Source: Neocallimastix sp. 'constans'
Taxonomy: Eukaryota
Length of the DNA stretch: 64,000 nt
NCBI GenBank assembly: GCA_050613775.1
Contig: JBODTK010000012.1
Span: 806,001 to 870,000 of the forward strand
Direction of reading: 5' to 3'
Positions 41,928 through 57,564 of this stretch are shown in pieces. The position numbers were made by a program, and so were the translations under genes. Position 1 is the first letter of the stretch. The number at the start of each line of letters is the position of its first letter. The notes beneath the pieces were generated by a model. That model was not told the origin of the DNA and searched no databases. It worked only from the letters and a program-made list of their open reading frames with translations.

Positions 41928-42317
41928 ATGGAAATAGATATAATAAAAAATCAAAGGAAAGAAATTTTAAATATTATTTCAGAAAGTAAAAATGATAATT
42001 TTGTTGATGTAACAACCTTAAGAGAGTATATTAATACTAATAAAATAAATTTAAAAGATTTAAATTCAGATGATTTCGATATTTTAATTAGTGTTATAGA
42101 TACAATCAAAGCAAATGACATTAGAGAAAATTATTATACATGTAGTATTATTGATTACATAATTGAACAATGTAAATATGAAACTTTGAATTTTACAATT
42201 TACAATAATAATAATTATGAAGTGCCTCTTTTTTCAGCCATATCAAAAAGTTTATTTAAAATTTCAGATTTATTAATTGAAAAAGGTGCAAATATTAACT
42301 ATGAAATTAAACCAATA

Positions 42318-42349
<32 letters not shown>

Positions 42350-45300
42350 TAATAATGATAATAATGATAATAATGATAATAATGATAATAATGATAATAG
42401 GAATAATGATAATAAGAATAATGAAAGTGATGGAAATATGAATATTATTCAATATATAAAATATTTAAAAAATAAAAGGACGCATTCCACTATTATTCAA
42501 GAAATTCGTTATCGTAAGACTATTTATAATGATAAAATATTTGATTATATATTTAACAAAGGATTTAATGTTGAAAGTAATATAACCAAAGTTTTATATG
42601 ATTTACTATCTTTTTACAACTATGGCAAATTGGAAAGTATTTTTAAAAAATATATCTTTAAAAATAGTTTTATACTGTCATTATTGACCATCTATAAAAA
42701 TAAGATACCAGTGTCTATTGAAACTTTAAAATCAATTATTGAGAAGGAAAGAACAAAATTAAAAATAGATAGTTCTATTTATTTAGAAGCTAAAAAGTTC
42801 AGTAGTAATTCTGTTGCCGTTCTTATGGATTATGATGGGGAATCCGATGAAAAAATTTTTGAAAAAATTGTAAATAATAGAATTTTGGAAAGAGCCATTG
42901 ATGATGATAATAATACCGTAATTGAAAAAATAGTTAATCTTGACTCATTTGATATTAATAAAATAAATATGAAAAAAATATTAGAAAATCAGTGTTATGA
43001 TTATACGCCAAACAGTGTTGAATCAGTAGAGTTCTTTTTCAAAGTTTTAAAGCGTAAACAGCCAAATTTAAATTTATTAAAATTAAATTTCAAAGATGTT
43101 ATATGGAAAGGTTGTATGGAATATAATATTTTTCAAACAAAGGAAGAGGTAGTAAATTTGATTTTAAATATTTTTATAGATTCAATTATCGAATCAATAC
43201 ATAAAAAATTAAAAATAAGTAATAAGTATTATTCTCAGTCACTCTTAGTCATATTAAATATGGCCATTAAATTAAATAATATAGAAATAATTAAACGTGT
43301 CTTTGAAAATAAATTATTAAAAGATAAATTAGATAGAAGGGCCAAAGATGAAGATGGAAATTTTCTTGTAGATAGCGCATTCTTTACCTATATAGAAAGA
43401 AATAATGAATTACTTGAAAGAGAAATGACCGATGATGCGTTTTTGGAATTCAATACCGATGAAGGAATAAATACTGATGTCTTTGAATATATATTAAATC
43501 ATGAGACGAATTTAAAAGAAACTGATGCATATTCCCTATTTTTATTGGCCTTAGAAAGAAAATACTATTGTCTAGTGAAATGTTTTTTAAGTCAACCACG
43601 GTTTTTGAAAAATTATCATTTTGATAGATCGGTGGGTAGCTTTGATCCCAGAAAAGCAATACCTTTTTCTCTATTTTTTAAATTCATGGAGAGGGCACAA
43701 ATAGATTATAAAGGTAGTGTCACAATTAGTGAAACATTTTCAGATCCCGTTTTTTCTGAAATCCTTGATCAATATATCAGCGACAATATTGCTAAAAATG
43801 ATGATATCAACCGCTATAGTGAAATATTGTATTATACTGTATATGATGATCTAGAAAAAGTGAAATCCAATATTCAATATTTCGAAGAAAATCATATTAA
43901 TTTAAATATGCTTGATTATATCAATAAAGGTATCACACCTCTTCTATTTTCCTATATACTCAATAAAGAGGAAATTTTTAATTATTTATTTGAACATTGT
44001 AATATTAAAAGACCTGATGGATTTGGCAATAATCTTTTCCATTACTCCATAATAAAAGAGGATGTTGAAATGGTTAATCGTTTATTTGAACATGGACTTA
44101 AATTAAATAAAAATAAATTTAAGGAGTTAACACGGCTTTCAACTATCGTAGGAAATAAAGATATTTTAATTTCCATTTTAAAAAATTCTGATGATATTAT
44201 CAATGAAAATAAGCATGATAATCTTGATAAAAGTAACACTAACAATAACAATAACAGTAACAGTAACGATAACAGTAACAATATTGACAACAACAATAGC
44301 AACACCATCACCACCAACAACAACAATAATCGTAATCCTAATCGTAATGATAATGATAATGATAATGATAATGATAATGATAATGATATCATTTTTACTA
44401 ATAATGAAAATGACGAAGTTGATGAATTTATTCGTATTAATGAAGCAAATAATGCAAATCGTCATCATAATATTTGTATTCATAACTATTTAAATGAATT
44501 TCAATTTTCAGTTATTTGTAGTCCACAATTTTCTATTGAAGATAAAATAGAAATTATGAAATATCTTATTGGAATAGGTGTTGATATTAATCATTCAGTC
44601 AATGAAGATGATTTACTAAATTCTTCTCTGAAATGTGCAGTAGAATTGAAGGATAAGGAGCGTAGTATTCTACTCATTAAATTTTTAATAGAACATGGGG
44701 CCAGTATTGAGGATACCTTTGGCAATAAGGAAACACTAATGATTGATTCCATTTTAGATTCGAATTTTCCTTTGGTTCAATATTTAATTGATAAAGAAGG
44801 TATTGATGTAAATCTTACAGAAGAAGATTATACTCCTTTATCGGCAGCCATAGAAGTTGGCTCCGTTCCCATCACAAGATTATTAGTAGAAAAAGGTGCG
44901 GATGTAAACTACCGAATACCGGATAGTATTGGTAAATCAAAATCCCTCTTAATGAGTTGTATTGAAATGGGACAGAAGGAATTAGCACAAATTTTAATGG
45001 AGCATCATGCCAAGATTCTCTATGAAGATAACTATGACTACACTACCTTGATAGAAAATTTGAGAGATAACGACGACACGCTAAAGCTATCGGATTATAT
45101 TCGACAAAATCATATTCAGGTTTCGACCACCGAGAAGATAAGGCAACTCATCTATGATCAACGTCTAGATTTACTAAAGATTTTACGGGATCATCAACTC
45201 CTTGAGGTCAACGAACCCGATGAGTACGGAAATACGCCGCTTTTCTATGCGGTAAAGTATGGAAGGGATCGAATGATAAAATTTTTAATAGATTGTGGTG

Positions 45301-45455
45301 CCGACACCAGCGTCATTAATCATCATGGTGAAACGTTGGAATCCATCAATAAGAGGTATAACTACACGTATAATCGTAGTACCTACAATAAATTTAAACG
45401 AATAAATATTGAAAAAATAGAAAATCCAAAAAAAAAACAAAAAAAAAATATGTGA
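41928..45455 (+). CDS. Large ankyrin-repeat protein (1175 aa) with Asn/Asp-rich insertions
   Basis: Intact ORF; ankyrin motifs PLFSAISKSLFKISDLLIEKGANIN, GITPLLFS, YTPLSAAIEVGSVPITRLLVEKGADVN, GNTPLFYAVKYGRDRMIKFLIDCGAD. Confidence 0.95.
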
Positions 45456-46094
45456 GAAAAATTAAATAAAATAAAAAATAAAAAAAAAAAACTCGTCATA
45501 AATTATAAAATAAAATAAAATAAAATAAAATAAACTTATCATAAATTATAAAATAAAATAGATGAAAATAAATAATAATAAAAAAAAAAAAAATCATAAT
45601 TATCGATCCAATTTATAATTCATTTTTTAAATAATCATCATAATCATATACATAATCATAAACATAATGTTATTATTAAAATAAATAAATAAATAAATAC
45701 CTATATATACCTATACATAATAAAATTTAATAAAAAAAAAAAAAAAATTATTTATTTAATTTTTTTTAATTTTTTTAATTTTTTTTATTTATATTCTATC
45801 CTTATTTTTATTTTTATTTTTCATTTTTATTTTTATTTTTATTTTCATTTTTTATTTTCATTTTTTATTTTATTTTAATTTTTTTTTATTTATATTTATT
45901 TATATTCTATCCTATTTTTATTTTTATTTTTATTTTTCATTGTATTTAATTTTTATTTTCATTTTATTTTCATTTTTATTATATTATTATTTATATTATT
46001 ATTTATTATATTATTTATTATATTATATTATTTATTTTTTGTTTATTTTGTATTTTTAATAATAATAATAACATTATAAATAAATATGATCAAT

Positions 46095-46140
<46 letters not shown>

Positions 46141-46169
46141 CTTTAATTTTTATTTTTTATTTTTTATTT

Positions 46170-47085
46170 TTTTTACAGCAAAGTATGTTCCTCTTCCCCC
46201 CTCCCCCCTCTAATCCATTATATATTATTAGAAAAAGATTATGGTAACGGTACGGAGGGAAGGGAGGATGGCTCTTGTCATAGATTTTTTTTAAAGAGGG
46301 AAATTTACAGTCATTTTTTTTTTTTTTTTGGAGTCCATGATTTTCATGTGTGTGTGAATGTGTGTGTGAATATGTATGTATATGTGTGTAAGGTATATCT
46401 AATCTATCCATTTATTTATATCTATCCATTTATCTATCTATCTATCCATCTATATTCTATTTTTGTGATATAGAATAGAATAGAATTAATTAATTTTACT
46501 AACGAACTAACGAACTAAAAAAAAAAAAAAAAAAAAAATTTGAAATCTTTTTTTTTTTTTTTTTTTGTTGTTCTCTTTTTTCTTTTTTTCGGTTGGATAT
46601 TGAATTTATGCCTTTTTTTTTTTTTTTTTTTTAAGAGTCTCACAAGTCATCTCTATGGATTAGGTTCTACTGGCCCTTACCTTTTCCTTAAACAAAAAAA
46701 AAAAAAAAAGGAAAAGGAAAGGGAAAGTTAACTAATAAACTTTGAGAAGGAGAAGTAAGTTTCGCTTCCCCTCCTAAGAAAGAAAAAAAAAATAAGTATT
46801 AGTATTAAGTAAAACTAACTAAATTAAACTAATTAAATTAAACTAACTACTAGGAAAAAAAAATACTCAACCCCTACCTCCCTTTCCCCCCTCTCTTATC
46901 AAAAAAGGTATATCAAAGTGCTCTGCCCACTTAATGTTTTGAAAAAAAAAAAAAAAAAAAAATCACTGAATAAAGCTTTCCAGACAGACAGAAAGGGTAC
47001 TCTATCTACATCTACTGCTATGGAAGTGTGTGTGTGTGTCTGTGTCTGGAACTGAAACCAAGGACGGTTACACACAATCGGTAAT
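46170..47085. other. GC-elevated, hairpin-rich island without a credible ORF; candidate structured ncRNA
   Basis: Stems 46674-46689/46708-46723 (15/16), 46978-46986/47043-47051 (9/9), 46916-46920/46928-46932, 46748-46752/46771-46775. No family recognised. Confidence 0.35.
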
Positions 47086-47787
47086 AAAAAAAATAAAAAA
47101 AAATTTTTTTAATATTTAATTTTTTTATTTTTTTATTTTATTTTATTTTTTTATTTTATTTTATTTTTTTATTTTATTTTATTTTATTTTTACTAAGAGA
47201 AAAAGAAAAAAAAATTTTTAATATTATTATTTTAAATTTATTTATATTTATAATATATATATATTTTATAATTAATTTATTATTATTATTATTTATTTTT
47301 ATTATTATTATTTATTATTATTATATTATTATTATTATTATTTATTATTATTATTCTATTAATACTAGATGATAATATAAAAATAGTATTTAAGGATAGA
47401 CGGTTATGAATATCGTAAATAGACCTAGATCGTCAAATCACTCTCTCTTAATAAATTTTTCATTAAATGTTAATAATCTATGATGTTAACTGCCAAAAAA
47501 GAATGAAAAAAAAAATATAAACTATTAGTTAGATGATTAATTGAACCAAATTAATAATAATTATTATTTGAATAATAGTGAAAAAAAAAATTTCATTCCA
47601 AAAATATATAATCCAAAGATATATATATATCTTATAATAAAGTGTTATATGGTAATTAAAAAAAATTTTTTAATTTATATATTTTATATATGTATATTAA
47701 ATTATTTATTTATATATTTTTATTATTAATTAATTTTTTTTTTTTTATACCTTTTATTAAAAAAATTTTTATTTTTTTAAATTAAAA

Positions 47788-48600
<813 letters not shown>

Positions 48601-49406
48601 AATAAAAAAAAAAAAAAAAAGAAGATGGTTAAGTAACAACAGAAATAAAAAAAAAAAAAAAATAAGAAAAAAGAGATAGAGATTTAATAATACATATATA
48701 TAAATATGATGATTTTATTTATAATTATATATTTATATATCCATTAAGTTAATAATAACTATTATAAATAAATTAAAAGTACAAATTCAAATATATATCT
48801 TTTTCTTTTTTTTACTTTTTTTTTTTTTTTATTAATTTATTGCTATTAATAGATTATTCGTATTTAAAAAGTACATATTCTTATGATAGTTTTTTTTTTT
48901 TTTTTTTTTTTTTTATTTTTTTTAATACCATATTCTATTTATGTTATATATATTTCAAAAATCTTTTTTTTTTTTTTTTTTCTTCTTCTAATATAAAAAA
49001 AATTCTATCTATAGAGATTATCAAAATCATTATATAATATTAAATAATTATTATATAACAATTTATTATATTTTTTTTTTCTATATATCTAAATTCTACT
49101 ATAATTTAATTTATTTTAATAATATTTTTATATTTTTATATAACAATAAATTTTAATTATAAATATTATTTAATTTTTTTTTTAATAATTTAATTTTAAT
49201 CTTATATATAGTTAATATATATAATTAATAATATATATATTTTTACTTTTTTTTTTTTTAATTTAATTTAAATGTCAAAAATTATTTCTAAATGTATTCA
49301 TTTTTTTTTTATTTTATGATTATTATTAATGCTATTTTAAATTCATTTTGCATTTTTTTTTATAATTATTAGTATTAATGACTTTTTTTTTTTAAATTTT
49401 CAATGA

Positions 49407-50567
49407 TTAATAACCTTTGGATTGATATAAAAATCCAAAGGATTGAGATGGAAGAATTTTATCTGATCCAGGAGAAGCATCATAGAGCGTGGATGATGGT
49501 GAAGGCTTAATATTTGTATAATTTTTTATGATGCTCTTACTTTGATAACTACCCGATATGGAATCACTCTTACCATAATCTAAAGTAGGATAGTTATAAG
49601 GGGTAACAGAGGCGAGTGGATTATTTTGACTTTTATTCATACTGGCTTCATAGTTATAGTTATGAGATTTTGTATTGTATTCTCCATAGCGATAGTTATT
49701 GGAATCACGAGCTGAACTGGTATTGACACTGTATTTGAAGAGAAGAGCATCACAAGCTAAAATTAAGATGAAAGAACATTTGATACTATGAAAAGGTTTT
49801 ACAAAACTATTAGGGAATTGTTCCTTATAATGTTCGGTAATTCCGTTTAAGATAGCTAAGAAAACACTGACCACATCGACACATAATAAAATGATATAGC
49901 TGGAACGTTTGATGTAATGATCAATATTATTTGCTTTAATATATTCCTGTTTATTATGAGTATTAACGAAGTATAGGATACCAAGAGTACAAATTAAATC
50001 AGCTATAGCCATGATACTAAAGGCAACCATATGACCATATTTTATTCTAGTATTGTTTAAAACTCCATCTTTGTAACGTCTGTAACCAATATAGAAACGG
50101 GCACCGACAAAAGCAATAAAAAGACCATAGATAATAATATTTAATACATGTGAAGCTTTTCCCTTTGAAAATACTTTCATTTTAGTTAAATTCAGGAAAG
50201 GGATAGCATATTCCTTTACAATCCAAAAAACTTCAGCAAGAAAAAATCCATAGATATGTGGACGTTCATTATGAATATCTGACTTACGGCAGACATAGGC
50301 AATACTACTTTTTTCAATAAGAGTACCTATTAGACCAGCAATACCAGCATAGAATAATATCTTCCAGTATCTTCCCTTACCAACATTAAAGTACATTAAT
50401 GAAACGAGGCCAAATTGAAGTACATTAGTAAAGAAATTAGCATCATCAAATTTAGATAATAAACCATCAAGGAAACTTATGAAGGGTTTTGATGGACAGA
50501 ATCCTTCACTGGTAAATCTAATAAATCCATCACCAGTAGGATATACAATTGTTTCATTAGAAGCCAT
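49407..50567 (-). CDS. Orphan seven-transmembrane (GPCR-like) protein with Ser/Tyr-rich C-tail
   Basis: 386-aa intronless ORF with seven hydrophobic segments by eye; N-terminal sequon NET; Cys in the N-terminus and first extracellular loop; polar tail. Confidence 0.85.
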   Translation of the reverse strand: MASNETIVYPTGDGFIRFTSEGFCPSKPFISFLDGLLSKFDDANFFTNVLQFGLVSLMYFNVGKGRYWKILFYAGIAGLIGTLIEKSSIAYVCRKSDIHNERPHIYGFFLAEVFWIVKEYAIPFLNLTKMKVFSKGKASHVLNIIIYGLFIAFVGARFYIGYRRYKDGVLNNTRIKYGHMVAFSIMAIADLICTLGILYFVNTHNKQEYIKANNIDHYIKRSSYIILLCVDVVSVFLAILNGITEHYKEQFPNSFVKPFHSIKCSFILILACDALLFKYSVNTSSARDSNNYRYGEYNTKSHNYNYEASMNKSQNNPLASVTPYNYPTLDYGKSDSISGSYQSKSIIKNYTNIKPSPSSTLYDASPGSDKILPSQSFGFLYQSKGY

Positions 50568-51274
50568 TTTCTTTTTACTTTTTTTTTTTTTATTATTTTT
50601 AAAAAGATAGAAATAAAACGAACAAGTAAAAAAAAAATTATAGGATATTATTTGTATTATTTGTATGTTATTATAAATGCTATTACTATTATTTATTTAA
50701 TTTTATAGTATTATTATTATTTATATTTTATTATGATATACTATATTTTATAGTTATTATTATTATTATTTTTATATCAATATTAATATTTAAAGGGTAT
50801 TTATATGTTAATATATTATATATTACTATTGATCAAGAATATTATGATTTTTATTACGATTTTTTAAAATTTTTAAAAACTTCAAATATAATATTAAATT
50901 TACTATTATATAATATTATATATGATATTGATATATTATATATACAATTTTTTTTTTATTATATTATAAGATTCTATTATTAACTTTAAAAATAAGAATA
51001 TATATATATATACATATATATACAATATTCTTATTATAAAAATTATTTATTTTATATTTTTAATTTTTTTTATTAATTTTATTCATAAAATAAAAGATAT
51101 TTCTATTATAATGAAATTAAAAATAAAGGCTTATTCTACTATTTTTTTTTAATTTATTGTCTCTATTATCATGTAAATAAATAAGAAATAAAACGAAATA
51201 GATCATAACCTATTTCTTCTATTTTTTAATATTTATAATAAAAAAAAATAAAATAAAAAAATAATAGTAATAAA

Positions 51275-51305
<31 letters not shown>

Positions 51306-54149
51306 TTTTTATTTTTATTTTAATTTTTTTTTTTTTAGAAATAATTATTTTTTATTATTAATATTAAAATAAATTTTGAAATTAATATTAAAAATAAAAA
51401 AAAAAAAAAAAAGACAATTTTAATTCTATTTATATGTGTTTGGATAAATTTTTATATTTAATTTTTTATTATAAAAAAATTTTTTTTTTATATATTTTTA
51501 ATTATTTCTGATTTTTAAAATTTTTCTCATTTTTAAATGTTTTTATTTTAAATGTTTTTTTTTATTTATTTTATTTATTTATTATATTTTTATTTTTTAT
51601 TTTTATTTTTATTTTTATTTTTAATTTTATTTGTAGTATGTTCAACATTTATTTTTTTTTATTTTTAATACCAATTTAATATTAATATTTAATTCAATAT
51701 AAGTTTAATAATGTAACTAAAAACAAAACTAAAAAAAAAAAAAAAAATTATTATTTATTTATCTATTTATTTATTTATTATATAATGATATTAATTATAA
51801 ATATTTAGCAATAATAATCACTTTACCAATTTTATTAATAAATAATTTTTTATTTTATTAATATTTTCAAACAAATATATATATATAAAGTACTAAATAA
51901 ATTAAAACTGCTATTTTGATAATTTAATTTAACAATTTAATATTGTTATTCTTTTTTTTTTTTTTTTTTTATTGATGAGTTAATGAAATTATGTGATCAA
52001 TCAATTAACTATTAATGTATTCAATATTTAATGTTTAATTATATCATTATATTTGCTAATTACTGTGTTAATACAAATTTTATTTTATTTTAGTTGTTTA
52101 AATGATTAAATAATCTCTATTTATTAACTTAAAAATTCCTTTTTTAAAGGTTTATTATCAAGAATTTCTATTATTATTATTATTATTATTTTCTTTCTTT
52201 CCTTAATTCTTTTTTTTTTTTATTATTTTTTTTCTTTAAAAAAAAAAAACATATAATAATCCAATAAAAATAATAAAAAAAAAATAAACCTTTTTTTTTT
52301 TTAATGATTAAATATTAAATCTATCAATATAAAATAAATTAAATTTATGATTTCTAAATAATTATTTCATTATTTTTTAATATATTTATTAATATAAAAA
52401 GAAATTTGATACAAAATAATTATAAAAGTTTATTTAAACTTAATTTTTTAATTTTTATATTTTTAATTATAAATTACCAGATTAAAAAAAAAAATTTTTT
52501 TTTTATTTCTTTTTAATATTTTTAATATAAAATAAAGTTTTTACAACAGCCCAACAAATCCATTGTGATGGCTATGGCAATAAATGCTCTGGATGCTTTT
52601 TTTTTTTTTTTATTACATTTTATTTTATTTCATTATATTGTTAATTTTATTAATATTTATTTTTCTGTTTATTTTATTGTTATTGTCATTGTTATTTTTA
52701 TTAATACTTTACTTTTTTATATTACTTCTCTATTTATTTTATTTTATTTCATTTTATTATTAATTTCAGAACAAATAATATAAACTAATTTAGGAACTTT
52801 TATAAGAAATAGATTTATAAATAAATAAAAAAAAAAGTAAATATAAAAATTTATAATTAAAATTGGAACAATGGATTTAAATATGACAAATGTAATTGTT
52901 TTTAAAAAAAATATATATATATATAAATATATGAGTAAATAGTAATTAATTGTTATATATAATTGATTATAATTAAGTATAATTGATTAAAATCATGGAA
53001 AAATTAATAAGCATGGTCAATATATTATAAGATAAACTATAATTTATGTATTAGATATGGTAGAATATAGTATATAATATTAAATAATTAATCCTAATTT
53101 GTTTAATTTATTTATAATATATAACTAAATAAATAATTAAATAATAAATAATTAAATAATAAATAATAAAAATAAAATAAATAAATTAATAAATATAAAT
53201 GAATTGATAAATGGATAAATAATTATATAATTTTTAAATTAAAAAATAATTATAAATTTATAATTAATAAACTTTCAAACTTTAAAAATAATTAAAGTTT
53301 AAAAAAATAAAAAATAATAAATAAAATTTAAGTAAATTATTAAATAAAATGTACCAACAGATAAACTTTAATTGATAAATATTATATTAGTATTTAATTT
53401 TTTTTTTTTAAAAAATACAAAAAAAAAAAATAAAAAAAATAAAATAAAATAAAATATATAAGTAAAGATATAAAAAAAATATAAAGTACAAATATAAAAA
53501 TATAAAACATTTATAATTAATAATAATAATAACAATAATAAAATAAAACAAAAATGAATAGAATTAAAACTAAATATGGTAAAATAAAAGTAAATAAACA
53601 AAAAATATATATATAAAAAAAGTAAATCAAATTATCATTAATATAGTTTATTATTTTATAACAAAAAAAAAAAAGTATGGAATAGAAAGTTAAACATAAA
53701 TTAATATCTGAATACAAAGTTTTTTTTTTAATAAAATAAGATTACTAATCAATACTTTAAAGTAAAATGATAATTAATTATAATAATTTATAATAATTAC
53801 ATGTCAATTATTTTTTGTTAAAAAAAAAAATAAAAATAAATAGATATTTAGATATTTAGATATAACAAAATAAAATAAAATAATTAAAAAAAAAAAAAAA
53901 CATATATATTATCAATTGTTTTTAATAAATAAATAGTTAAAAAAAAAGATATAAATTATTCTTTAGTATAAATAATTAAATAATAAAAAAATAATCTAAA
54001 TATATAAAATAAAAAAAAAAATAAATAACAAATAAATACAAAATAAAAATATGTTGTAATATTAATGAAATAGTACATACGTATTAGAATATAATATAAT
54101 ATAATATAATATAAATAGTGAAGTAATATAAAAGAGTAAAGTATTAATA

Positions 54150-54300
54150 AAAATAAAATAAAATAAAATAAAATAAAATAAAATAATAAAATAAAATAAA
54201 ATAAAATAAAATAAAATAAAATAAAATAAAATAAAATAAAATAAAATAAAATAAAATAAAATAAAATAAAATAAAATAAAATAAAATAAAATAAAATAAA
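54150..54300. repeat. (AAAAT)n microsatellite within an inverted copy of the 34 kb repeat family
   Basis: Pentanucleotide run between aatagtgaagtaatataaaagagtaaagtattaat and tagtagaata...acagattgaat. Confidence 0.9.
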
Positions 54301-55210
54301 TAGTAGAATATTAAATATAAATTACAGATTGAATAAAATAAAATAAAATAAAATATAAAATGATTATACTTTGAAATATATTTAACTATTTATATTTTGT
54401 ATCTATTTAATAATTTCATATAAAATATGGAAATATACAACAAAATAAAAATGAATAAAATAAAACTATACAAAATCAAAAATGATGCTCATGATCATTT
54501 TATTATTTAGTTCAAAATAGCAACTTTATATCATAATATTTCATCTGTCATCATCATCAATAATTAATAATAAATAAATAGATAAATAAATAAATCGATA
54601 GAAATTAAAAAATTTTTCATAAAAAAAGTCACCAAATAATAATAATTTTATAATTATTTTAATTAATTTTATAAATTAAATTTACAAATTTGGATATAAA
54701 AAATTTTTTTTCTAAAAATGATATCATAAGTTAAATTAAAATAATTTCCAATTAATATAAGTAATATGAAGAATGAGGGTGAACTTACCATATTAAACAA
54801 CCAATAATGAAAAATAAGTCATAAATGAATTAATTAATTTAATAATTAAAATAATATAGATAATATAAATAAAATAAAATTCTATAAATTCTATAATATA
54901 GATAATATAAATAATATAGATAATATAAATAATATAGATAATATAGATAACTAAATAAAAATTATGTAAATTATATTTTAACCCTATTTAAATAATATAA
55001 ATAATATAAATAATATAAATAATTAAATAATAATAAATAATAAATAATAAAAAGAATATTTATTAATAAATAGTATTAAAAAGAGTATTTATTAATAAAT
55101 AATATAAATAATAAATAATAAAAAAGTAATAAATAAATAAATAAATAGTATTAAAAAGAGTATATATTAATAAATAATATGAATAATAAATGAATGAATG
55201 AATGAATGAA

Positions 55211-55241
<31 letters not shown>

Positions 55242-55559
55242 ATAGATAAAGTGTTGAGGTTGATATTGTTCATTAAATAATTGTTTCAGGATTTATGAAT
55301 TAATCCTATGAGAATGAAAGTACGAAAGTACAAAAAATTAAAAATAATTGAATAATAATGATTTATAATTTAAAAATTATTTTAATTTATGAAGAAGAAT
55401 AATTAAAAATTAAAAAAAAAAAAAAAAAAAAAAGAAAAAGAAAAAGAGAAAAAAAGAAAAAAGGTCAAATCATCAACAACAACAATAAAAATTCATTTAA
55501 TTCTTTAGTTTAACTAATTGAATCAATTATTATTTAATAAATAATTATTAATAATTATC

Positions 55560-55700
55560 ATAATTAATAATTTTCATAATTAATGATTTTCATAATAAAT
55601 AATTTTCATAATTAATAATTTTCATAATTAATAATTTTCATAATTAATAATTTTCATAATTAATAATTTTCATAATTAATGATTTTCATAATTAATTAAT
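55560..55700. repeat. 16-bp minisatellite (ttttcataattaataa), about 8 units
   Basis: Direct tandem units. Confidence 0.9.
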
Positions 55701-56395
55701 TAAAATATCTATTAAATATAAAAATAATTGAATATTAAATAATTAAATAATTAAATTAAAAAATGTGTTGTAGTTCTTAATAATTTTAATTATTTCAGGT
55801 ATAATCAATGGTAAAGATGTTGAATAAATTTCTTAGAATAAATATAAATTATTATTCCTTTTGATACAACATCATTATATATCATTTCATTGTTTTAAAC
55901 TCTATTTATTATTATATTTTTAATTATATATATTTTATATTTATTATTATATTTAATTTTTATTTTCTGTTTTTCTTTTTTCCCTTTTTTTTATATAATA
56001 TATCTAATTAATCAATAACACATGAAAGTCTTTTTGTTGATATAAATAATGAAATTTTAAAAAAAAATACTTAGAATGTTTATTTATTTCTTATTACAAG
56101 CAGTTATTATGGGATTCTTTTGGAAGAATTATTCCATTTCTGATTGTCAATTATTTTTATTCATTTCTTTCTTTTTTTTGTTTCTTCTTTTTTTTTTTTT
56201 TTTTTATAACAAAATCGAGCTATTAATATTATTTATATGTGCTTTATTGTTACTAAATGTTACTAAATTTATTTTATTTTTTAAAGTTTATTATCATGAT
56301 TTAATTTTATTTTTTGTATTTCTTATTAAATAATCAACTAAAATTATTCTATTTATGTCTATTTAAATATATAAAAATATATATTTTTATTATTA

Positions 56396-56468
56396 TTTAA
56401 TGAGTTATTTTATGATTTAATGAGTTATTTTATGATTTAATGAGTTATTTTATGATTTAATGAGTTAT
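56396..56468. repeat. 20-bp tandem repeat (tttaatgagttattttatga), about 3.6 units
   Basis: Direct tandem units. Confidence 0.92.
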
Positions 56469-57564
56469 TATTTATTTATGATTTATTTTATTATTAATGA
56501 TTTATAAATCTATATTTTCTATTGGTTACTTCGTTCTTCCTTCTTTACAACATTGAAAAAAAAAATGTTTCATTTTAATTTCAAAGAAAAATTATTGAAT
56601 CGGAATTAAAAAAAAAAAACAAAAAAAATTTAAAAAATTAATTTTTAATTTGTATATATTATATATTATACTATATTGAAATATACATAATATATACATT
56701 TATATATATTATAATGTATTAAAATATACACAATATGTATACTATAATCAATTTTTATAAATGTAAAAAAATTATATATATAGATAAATTATAATATATA
56801 TGACATAAATTAATTGATAAAGTACGAAGTTCAGGTTCGGTTCTTTTAAGGTTTATTCTTTATTTGGGGGATATAATTTATATGTTTTATAAAAATAATT
56901 TTATTTAAATTTTATTTATATAGAAGAATTACATTTACTTATCATTATTAAAAATATAAACTAACATTTATTCTTAAAATTAATATTTATTTTCATATTT
57001 TGATCTCAAGAATTACACTAATCTACTATTTATTATTCTTGGACGGAGAAATAAAACTATTTAAGTATTTTTCTCTTTTATAATTATTTGCTATAATAAA
57101 GTTTTCCTATATTATAGTATAAATATTAATTTACTTTCATTAATGTTAAAATTAAATAATAATATATATATAAATTAATTTCTAATAAGAAATACAATAA
57201 AAACTAGATTAATACATAAATTTATGCTTTTACTACATTTCTTAATTAACATAAATTTATTATCAATTAGAGTTTTTATTTCTATTTCATATCAAATAAA
57301 TAAATGCTATAATGAATTAAAATGTATAAATTTCTAAACTATAAATCCTATCCAATGAAAATAAATCAATAAAACAATATAAAAGTATTCATCTATATAT
57401 AACAATGTCATATAATTATATTTATATTGGTTAATACACATTAGCATATATTTATATGTATTTTTTTTATTTATTATTTATTATGTATTTATTATTCAAT
57501 TATTCAATTATTTATTATTTATTATTTATTATTACAAATTATTAATATTTTTCTTATTTATTAT

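Noticed and set aside
49770..49796. PFHSIKCS in TM7 of the third 7TM protein as an opsin retinal-binding lysine (compare PAFFAKTS)
   Set aside because: No NPxxY, no E/DRY, no microbial DxxxK spacing, and the Lys is absent from the other two genes; probably coincidence.
52549..52596. Short GC-richer patch before a T-run as a small RNA
   Set aside because: Only short stems (ccatt/gatgg), no family motif; insufficient support.
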